A DNA stretch of 64,000 bases. It comes from Burkholderiales bacterium (GTDB lineage Bacteria; Pseudomonadota; Gammaproteobacteria; Burkholderiales; Burkholderiaceae_C). The translations under genes and the position numbers were made by a program. Shown here piece by piece: positions 57,830 through 64,000 of the stretch (its first letter is position 1; the number at the start of each line of letters is the position of its first letter). The stretch is taken from contig JANXXS010000363.1 of the NCBI GenBank assembly GCA_025350505.1, positions 4,065-68,064 of the forward strand. The letters run 5' to 3'. A model generated the notes under the pieces. It was not told the DNA's origin and did not search any database. It saw only the letters and a program-made list of their open reading frames with translations.

Positions 57830-59266
57830 ATGGACAGCCCGTCTTCGCCAGCCCTCGATAACGCACCGACGCTGGCCCGGCGCTTCGCCGAGTTCGCGCA
57901 CGGGCTGCAGCTCGAGCAGGTGCCGGCCGAGGTGAGCCTGCGCGCGCGCCATCTCATGCTCGATGCCATCGGCTGCGCGATGGCGTCCCGCGGCGAGGTC
58001 TTTGCCGATCGCTTCGCAGGCGCCGTTCGCGACCTCTCGGGACCTGCCGCCTCGGGGGAGGCGGCGGCGATCGGCTTCGCGCAGAGGTTGCCGATGCGCG
58101 ACGCCGCGCTGCTCAACGGCATGCTGATGCACGGACTCGACTACGACGATACCCACATGGCGGGCATCGTCCACCTCACGGTGAGCGTGCTGCCGACGCT
58201 GCTGGCGGTCGCCGCCCGCCGCAAGTCGAGCGGCGCGGCGCTGGTCGCGGCCTATGTCGCCGCGATGGAGGTCGGGACCCGGATCGCGAGCGTTGCCCGA
58301 GGCGGGTTTCATCGCCAGGGCTTTCATCCGACCGGGCTCGTCGGTGCGTTCGCGAGTGCTCTCGCGGCCGGCCGGCTGATGGAGCTGTCCGTCGACGGCC
58401 TTGCCCGCGCGCAGGGCGTGGCCCTGTCGATGGCCTCCGGCAGCCTGCAGTTCCTGGAGGACGGCGCCTGGACCAAGCGCGTGCATCCGGGCTGGGCGGC
58501 GCAGGCGGGAATCACGGCGGCGACCTTCGCCGCGCACGACATCCCGGCGCCCCAGGCGGCCTACGAGGGCCGATACGGGCTCTTCAATCTCTACCTGGGC
58601 GCGCAGCGCGACGGCGTCGATCCCGAGAGCAGCGCCGAGGGTCTCGGTGGCGGTTCGATGGCGCGCTGGGAGCTCCTCAACGTCGCGGTCAAGCCGTTCG
58701 CGATCTGCCACTTCTCGCATGCGGCGGCCGATGCGGCGATCGCCGTGCACCGCAGCGGCACCGACCCGGCGCGGATCAAATCGGTCGAGGTTCTCATGCC
58801 CGCCGGCACGATGCCGGTGGTGAGCGAGCCGATCGCCGCCAAACGCCGTCCGCAAAGCGACTACGAGGCCAAGTTCAGCGTTCCCTACGCCGTCGCGAGC
58901 GGGCTGCTGCGAGGGCGTCTCGGCCTGCGCGAGCTGCTGCCGGCGGCATTCGGAGATGCCGAGGCCGTGTCGTTGATGGATCGCATCCACTGCGTCGCCG
59001 ATCCGGCGTCGACGTTTCCACAGCACTACACGGGCGAGATCGTCGTCACGCTCGATGACGGCCGGCAGATCCGCCATCGCGAGGCGATCAATCGCGGTCA
59101 TGCCGAGCGGCCGCTGCGCAACGAGGACGTCCGCGACAAGTTCATCGACAACGCGACCCTTTACTTCTCCGAGACGCACGCCCACGCCGTGTGCGAAAGC
59201 GTGCTGGCCCTCGACCGGGCCGAATCGATCGCGACGCTCGACGGGCTGCTCGGGCAGGCGCCCTAG
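57830..59266 (+). CDS. MmgE/PrpD family protein
   Basis: NGMLMHGLDYDDTH, GFHPT, TKRVHPG, KPFAIC. Confidence 0.92.
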   Translation: MDSPSSPALDNAPTLARRFAEFAHGLQLEQVPAEVSLRARHLMLDAIGCAMASRGEVFADRFAGAVRDLSGPAASGEAAAIGFAQRLPMRDAALLNGMLMHGLDYDDTHMAGIVHLTVSVLPTLLAVAARRKSSGAALVAAYVAAMEVGTRIASVARGGFHRQGFHPTGLVGAFASALAAGRLMELSVDGLARAQGVALSMASGSLQFLEDGAWTKRVHPGWAAQAGITAATFAAHDIPAPQAAYEGRYGLFNLYLGAQRDGVDPESSAEGLGGGSMARWELLNVAVKPFAICHFSHAAADAAIAVHRSGTDPARIKSVEVLMPAGTMPVVSEPIAAKRRPQSDYEAKFSVPYAVASGLLRGRLGLRELLPAAFGDAEAVSLMDRIHCVADPASTFPQHYTGEIVVTLDDGRQIRHREAINRGHAERPLRNEDVRDKFIDNATLYFSETHAHAVCESVLALDRAESIATLDGLLGQAP

Positions 59267-60249
59267 CGCGAGGTGGATCCGGCCGTCGCGTCGACCGACG
59301 CGCGCTGCGCCGAGGCGCCGAGCTGGCGCCGCAGCCATGGCATGCAGTGGCCGCCGAGCGGGCGCCCGAGCAGCTCCTCGGCGAGGTCGGCGGCCGCAGC
59401 CAGACCGGGCAGCGAGATGCCGGTGGAATAGCCGGACTGCTCGAGCATCAGGACCAGGTCCTCGGTGGCGACGTTGCCGGACGCGCCGGGAGCGAAGGGG
59501 CAGCCGCCCAGGCCGCCGACGCTCGCATCGAAGCGCCTTATGCCCAGCTCGAGACCGGCGTACGCATTGGCCACGCCCATGCCCCGCGTGTCGTGCAGGT
59601 GCAGGCCGAGCCGATCGATCGGCAAGTGCGGCATCAGCCGGCGCAGCAGCTGCTGGACGCCGGCCGGGCCGGCGGCCCCGATGGTGTCGGCGACGACGAT
59701 CTCGTCCGCGCCGGCGTCGAGCAGGACCCGACCGAGCTCGAGCACGCGCTCGGCCGGCGTCGCGCCCTCGAATGGGCATTCGAATGCCACGGCGAGGTAG
59801 CCGCGCGTCGTCAGGCCCCGCGCCTTCGCCGCTCGGAGCGTCTCGCAGCTGACGCGCGACGCCTCGGCAAGCGACATGTTGATGTTCTTCAGGTTCATCG
59901 TGTCCGTGCACGACAGCACGACCGCTATCTCGCGCGTGCCGGCGGCGATCGCGCGCTCGAGCCCCTTCAGGTTGGGGGCGAGCGCCGATGCGCGCAGCGG
60001 CGCGAGCGCCAGGGCCTCGGCCATGACCTCGGCCGCGTCGGCCATCTGCGGCACTGCCTTCGGCGACACGAAGCTCGCGGCCTCGACGCTCGACACTCCG
60101 GCCGCCGCCAGTGCGCGAAGGAACGCTGCCTTGCCGGCCGTCGCGACATAGCAAGGCTGGTTCTGGCGGCCGTCACGCAGGGCGACGTCGGTGACGACGA
60201 CGCGCTCTCGGGCCCGGGCGCTGGCTGGAACAGGACGAATCGTCGTCAT
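59263..60249 (-). CDS. HMG-CoA lyase family protein
   Basis: DVALRDGRQN, CPFEG, ADTIG, HLHDT, GLGGCPFAPGASGNVATED. Confidence 0.92.
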   Translation of the reverse strand: MTTIRPVPASARARERVVVTDVALRDGRQNQPCYVATAGKAAFLRALAAAGVSSVEAASFVSPKAVPQMADAAEVMAEALALAPLRASALAPNLKGLERAIAAGTREIAVVLSCTDTMNLKNINMSLAEASRVSCETLRAAKARGLTTRGYLAVAFECPFEGATPAERVLELGRVLLDAGADEIVVADTIGAAGPAGVQQLLRRLMPHLPIDRLGLHLHDTRGMGVANAYAGLELGIRRFDASVGGLGGCPFAPGASGNVATEDLVLMLEQSGYSTGISLPGLAAAADLAEELLGRPLGGHCMPWLRRQLGASAQRASVDATAGSTSR

Positions 60250-60308
60250 CGCCGTCTCGGGTGAGGTCGCCAGTGAAGCATGGGGCGGGCTGGTCGGCGA
60301 CGATTTAC

Positions 60309-60351
60309 TTATACGGACAATTACCTATATTCTAGCCAAATGTCCACACAT
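60309..60351. promoter_or_regulatory. Two operator-like boxes (TTATACGGACAA, ATGTCCACACAT) in divergent promoter region
   Basis: AT-rich spacer between HMG-CoA lyase and YrdC-like genes; boxes at 60309-60320 and 60340-60351. Confidence 0.55.
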
Positions 60352-60383
60352 ATAGTGATCATCCCTGCTCCCGACGCTGCGCC

Positions 60384-61145
60384 ATGGGCAGCGGCCTTTC
60401 CGGAAGTGAACTGATGGAATTCATCGATCGCGGCGAAATCCCGGCCCTGGACGTGGTGCGCGCCGACGCCGTCCGGGCGTTTCGCTACATGAAGAGCGGC
60501 GGCGTGTCCGTGCTGCCGCTCGACGTCTCCTATGCCATCTTCGCCGCCACCGCGCGCGGCGTCGAGCGCATCTTCGAGCTGAAGAACAGGAAGCCCACCA
60601 AGCCCAACGGCATCGTCGGCAACTGGGACATCTTCAGCGACGTGCTGAAGACCGTCCCGCGCGACAAGGACCTGGTTCGCTGCCTGACCCAGGACCACGA
60701 CCTGCCGCTGTCGGTGATCGCGCCCTACGCCGTCGAGCACGACTGGCTGCGCACGGTCGAGTTCGGCGCCTTGCGCCGCGCCACCAAGGAGGGCACGATG
60801 GACCTGCTCCTCAACGCCGGCGCGCTCCACAACGAGTTGGCACGCATGTCGTGGGACTCGGCGACGCCGCTGATGGGATCCTCGGCCAACGTCTCGCTGG
60901 CCGGCAGCAAGTTCCGGCTCGAGGATGTCGAGGAGTCGGTCCGGCAAGGCAGCGACTTCGTTCTCGGCTACGGCACCAGCAGGTACATCAACGACCACGG
61001 CATCGGCAGCACGATCATCGAGCTGCCGACCTGGAAGGTCCTGCGCTGGGGCGGCCTGTTCGAGAAGCAGGCCGAGATCGTCAAGAAGCAGTTCGGGGTG
61101 GAGCTGACGCCGCGCCCGAAAGAAGGCCCGCTGACCCTGACCTGA
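60384..61145 (+). CDS. Divergent Sua5/YciO/YrdC-family protein
   Basis: GGVSVLPLDVSYAI, IFELKNRKPTKP (KxR), GSSANVS (SxN), STIIEL, VLRWG; alternative start 60414. Confidence 0.75.
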   Translation: MGSGLSGSELMEFIDRGEIPALDVVRADAVRAFRYMKSGGVSVLPLDVSYAIFAATARGVERIFELKNRKPTKPNGIVGNWDIFSDVLKTVPRDKDLVRCLTQDHDLPLSVIAPYAVEHDWLRTVEFGALRRATKEGTMDLLLNAGALHNELARMSWDSATPLMGSSANVSLAGSKFRLEDVEESVRQGSDFVLGYGTSRYINDHGIGSTIIELPTWKVLRWGGLFEKQAEIVKKQFGVELTPRPKEGPLTLT

Positions 61146-61209
61146 CACCACGGGCCTCGCTCGCGCCTTCGGCGCCAATCGGCTCTTTTCGTTATTGGAG
61201 AACCCCCGC

Positions 61210-62199
61210 ATGTTTCACCTCCGGACGGCTCTTCTCGCCCTCGGCCTCGGTACCGCTGCGCTGGCGTTGCACGCCCAGCAGATCACGATCCGCTTTCCGG
61301 TCGAGTACTCCCCGGACGTCGCACAGGGCAAGGCCGACGTCGATTTCGTCAAGCGGATCGAAGCCAGCTCGAAGGGCCGCATCAAGGTCCACTTTTCGCC
61401 CAACGGCGCCACCTACAAGGGCAACGAGCTCGTGCAGGCGATGATGCGCGGCGACGCGGAGATGACGACCCTCGTTCCCGCCTACTGGAGCAGCATCGCG
61501 CCGAAGGTGCAGCTGTTCGATCTGCCCTATGCCTTTCCGGATTTCGAAACCTTCGAGCGCGTCAAGGCCGACAAAGCGTTCGTCGCCAAGGTCTATGCGG
61601 AAGCGGAGGCCAAGGGCGTCAAGGTGCTCGGCCTGCTGCCCAACGCCTACATCATCCCGGGCACCCGCAACAAGCAGCTGATCACGCCGAAGGACTACGT
61701 CGGCATCAAGCTGCGCGGCGTGGGCAAGATCAATTCCAACACGATGAAGATCCTCGGCGCCAACGCGGTGTCGATCAGCATCACCGAGGTGTCGACCGCG
61801 CTCCAGCAAGGGCTCGTCGACGGCATGCAGACGCTGATGGACGTCTACGTCCAGTACAAGTTCTACGACTACGTCAAGTACATCACCGACACGCGCTACC
61901 AGTTCATCTACTACCCGTGGACGGTCAACGCCAAGTGGTGGGCAGGCCTGAAGCCGGCGGACCAGACGCTCATCCAGACCGCGATCGACGAGGCGATCGC
62001 CGCCAATCGCCCGGTGACCCAGAAGCTGATCGCCGATGCCGAAGTCGACCTGAAGGCCAAGGGCGTCTCGGTCGTCCACCTGACGGCGGCCCAGGAGAAG
62101 GCGCTCCAGGACGCGACCGCGCCGGCCTGGACGCAGGCCGAGGGCGAGATCGGCAAGGACCTGATCGACGAATTCAAGCGCGTCGCCGCGAAGAAGTAG
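61210..62199 (+). CDS. dctP: TRAP transporter substrate-binding protein
   Basis: Signal peptide, LFDLPY, GIKLRG, ALQQGLVDG. Confidence 0.9.
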   Translation: MFHLRTALLALGLGTAALALHAQQITIRFPVEYSPDVAQGKADVDFVKRIEASSKGRIKVHFSPNGATYKGNELVQAMMRGDAEMTTLVPAYWSSIAPKVQLFDLPYAFPDFETFERVKADKAFVAKVYAEAEAKGVKVLGLLPNAYIIPGTRNKQLITPKDYVGIKLRGVGKINSNTMKILGANAVSISITEVSTALQQGLVDGMQTLMDVYVQYKFYDYVKYITDTRYQFIYYPWTVNAKWWAGLKPADQTLIQTAIDEAIAANRPVTQKLIADAEVDLKAKGVSVVHLTAAQEKALQDATAPAWTQAEGEIGKDLIDEFKRVAAKK

Positions 62200-62232
62200 G
62201 GCGCTGCGCGATCACGTTGCCGGGGGGCCTCC

Positions 62233-62766
62233 ATGCATGACGAACCCGTCCCGGAGGTGGTCGCCCCGCCGCACACCCGGTTGATCCGCTTCGAGGAAGC
62301 CGTCGCCGCCATCGGGCTGGTGCTGATGCTGGTCCAGGTCTGCACGGAGATCGTGCTGCGGGACTTCTTCAACACTTCGTTTCTCTGGTCCGAGGAAGTG
62401 GCGCGCTACCTGATGATCTGGTCGGTCTATTTCGGCGCCGCCGCCGCGGTCGGAACCAACGGCCACCTGCGCATCGAGATGCTGATCGATGTCGTCTCGC
62501 CGCGCATCCGCCACCTCCTCGACGGCGTCGCCCAGCTTTGGGTGCTGGCCTTCAGCCTGGCGATCACCTACGCCGGCTATTCGATGGTGCGCGACAGCTT
62601 TGCCTCGGGAATGGTCTCGGCCGACTCGAACCTGCCCTTCCAGCTGGCCTGGGTCCAGCTCGTCATCCCGCTGACGTTCGCGCTGTCGGCGGTCCACGCC
62701 GCCCGCTGTCTGTGGCTCGTCGTGAAGGGCCGCAACCTCGCCATCGAGAAGCCGGAAGGGCACTGA
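62233..62766 (+). CDS. dctQ: TRAP transporter small permease
   Basis: WSEEVARYLMIW, GHLRIEML. Confidence 0.88.
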   Translation: MHDEPVPEVVAPPHTRLIRFEEAVAAIGLVLMLVQVCTEIVLRDFFNTSFLWSEEVARYLMIWSVYFGAAAAVGTNGHLRIEMLIDVVSPRIRHLLDGVAQLWVLAFSLAITYAGYSMVRDSFASGMVSADSNLPFQLAWVQLVIPLTFALSAVHAARCLWLVVKGRNLAIEKPEGH

Positions 62767-62767
62767 G

Positions 62768-64000
62768 ATGGCGTTCGCGGTCCTTCTCGGCATCCTCCTG
62801 CTCGTCCTGCTGGCGGGGGTGCCGATCGCCTACGCCATCGGCGGCCTCGCCGTGATCGGCAATCAGTGGTTCGGCGCCACCTCGTTCACGCGCCTCGCCG
62901 AGACGCAGTTCTCGAGCATCAACAGCTTCGTCGTCATGGCGATTCCGTTCTTCATCCTCGCCGGCAACGTCATGCTGCAGGGGAAGATGGCGCGCAGCCT
63001 GTTCGACTTCATGAGCGCGCTCACGCGATGGATGACGGGCGGGGCGGCGATCGGCGCGACCGGCGCCTGCGCGCTCTTTGGCGCGCTCACCGGCTCGTCG
63101 GCGGCCGCCGCCGCGGCGCTCTCGCCGGTCGTCGTCCCGGAGCTGACCCGCCTGGGCTACCCGCGCCCGTTCGCGTGCGGCCTGATGGCGGCGGGCGGCA
63201 CGCTCGGCATCATGATCCCGCCGTCGGTGGTGTTCGTGGTCTACGGCGCGATCACCAGCACGTCGGTGGCCGACCTCTTTCTCGCCGGCGTGATCCCGGG
63301 CTTGCTGCTGGCCGCCATCCTCGCCGTCACCTGCTACGGTCTGGCGCGACACCACGGCTTCGGCGCGCCGCAGCCGTTCCTGCTCAGCGAGGTCTGGCGC
63401 ACCTTCAAGGGCGCCGTGCCGTCCCTCTTCATGCCGGTGATCGTGCTGGGCGGGATCTACACGGGCCTGTTCACGCCGACCGAGGCGGCGGCCGTGAGCG
63501 TCGTCTACGCCGTGCTGGTGACGCGATTCGTCTACCGGACCCTGCGCTGGGCCGACCTGCCGCGCGTCGTCGCCGACTCGGCGAAGAGCTCGGCCGTCGT
63601 CCTGATCATTCTGGCGGCGTCGCTCGGCATCGGCATGCTGGCGTCGTTCCTCGGCGCGGCCGACCAGCTTGCCGACGCGCTCACGGCCATGAAACTGAGC
63701 GCCTGGCAGTTCCTGCTCGCGGTCAACGTCATCCTGCTCATCCTCGGCTGCTTCTTCGACGGCTTCACGCTGCTCGTTCTTCTGACGCCTCTGCTGCTGC
63801 CGACGCTGCGCGCGCTCGACATCAACCTGATCCACTTCTGCATCATCCTCACCGCGAACATCGAGATCGCCTCGATCACGCCGCCGGTGGGCTTCAACCT
63901 GTTCGTGATCAGCAGCACCACCAAGGTCAAGCTGACCGAGGTCGCGCGCGGCGCGGTGCCGTTCGTCCTGGCGATGATCGTCGGCATGATGCTCATCACC
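62768..64000 (+). CDS. dctM: TRAP transporter large permease (3' end runs off window)
   Basis: Manual translation MAFAVLLG..AIPFFILAG..GIMIPPS..FTPTE..ITPPVG. Confidence 0.88.
   Translation, partial: MAFAVLLGILLLVLLAGVPIAYAIGGLAVIGNQWFGATSFTRLAETQFSSINSFVVMAIPFFILAGNVMLQGKMARSLFDFMSALTRWMTGGAAIGATGACALFGALTGSSAAAAAALSPVVVPELTRLGYPRPFACGLMAAGGTLGIMIPPSVVFVVYGAITSTSVADLFLAGVIPGLLLAAILAVTCYGLARHHGFGAPQPFLLSEVWRTFKGAVPSLFMPVIVLGGIYTGLFTPTEAAAVSVVYAVLVTRFVYRTLRWADLPRVVADSAKSSAVVLIILAASLGIGMLASFLGAADQLADALTAMKLSAWQFLLAVNVILLILGCFFDGFTLLVLLTPLLLPTLRALDINLIHFCIILTANIEIASITPPVGFNLFVISSTTKVKLTEVARGAVPFVLAMIVGMMLIT

Noticed and set aside
59263-59266. 4-bp convergent stop-codon overlap (CTAG) of PrpD and HMG-CoA lyase genes
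   Set aside because: Common in compact high-GC genomes; no evidence of a regulatory role
60384-61145. Calling the gene tsaC
   Set aside because: Threonine-site motif is altered and the context is catabolic; only family-level assignment is supported
255-63999. Many long antisense or alternate-frame ORFs (e.g. 29078-31315 +, 37384-39627 -, 52586-54916 +, 57809-60154 -)
   Set aside because: Arg/Ala/Pro-rich shadow frames of well-supported genes, expected in high-GC DNA; no recognisable motifs

Overview
High-GC bacterial DNA, probably Betaproteobacteria/Burkholderiales-like (inferred from GC content and the Bug/TTT, TRAP and Liv transporters). The window is a dense mosaic of catabolic modules with no housekeeping genes, rRNA, tRNA or CRISPR recognised. 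Left to right: (1) a NicX-like ring-cleavage dioxygenase with a four-component Mo-hydroxylase (L/S/M/CoxG), a formamidase-like hydrolase and an ABC binding protein, under a TetR (pyridine-type N-heterocycle catabolism); (2) a GntR-controlled operon of atypical acyl-CoA dehydrogenase, CoA-transferase, sulfatase, Bug and aconitase X, where AcnX carries an in-frame TGA and a frameshift, followed by an orphan IS21-like end and a truncated LysR; (3) a NicF-like amidohydrolase, a Liv-type ABC system and two tandem amidases; (4) GntR, TRAP, CoA-transferase, VOC protein and crotonase; (5) MFS, TauD, TetR and a 4-hydroxybutyryl-CoA dehydratase-like protein with altered Fe-S ligands; (6) MmgE/PrpD, TauD, CoA-transferases, ABC system, HMG-CoA lyase, CitE, a DehI-like protein and an isochorismatase; (7) a ripABC/itaconate-pathway-like C5-dicarboxylate cluster with a divergent YrdC-like gene leading a TRAP operon. 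A recurring palindromic operator (TGT[C/A]CGGACA) overlaps predicted sigma70 promoters throughout 51-60 kb and at 18.1 kb, implying a regulon. All functional calls come from motif recognition only; no database searches were run.
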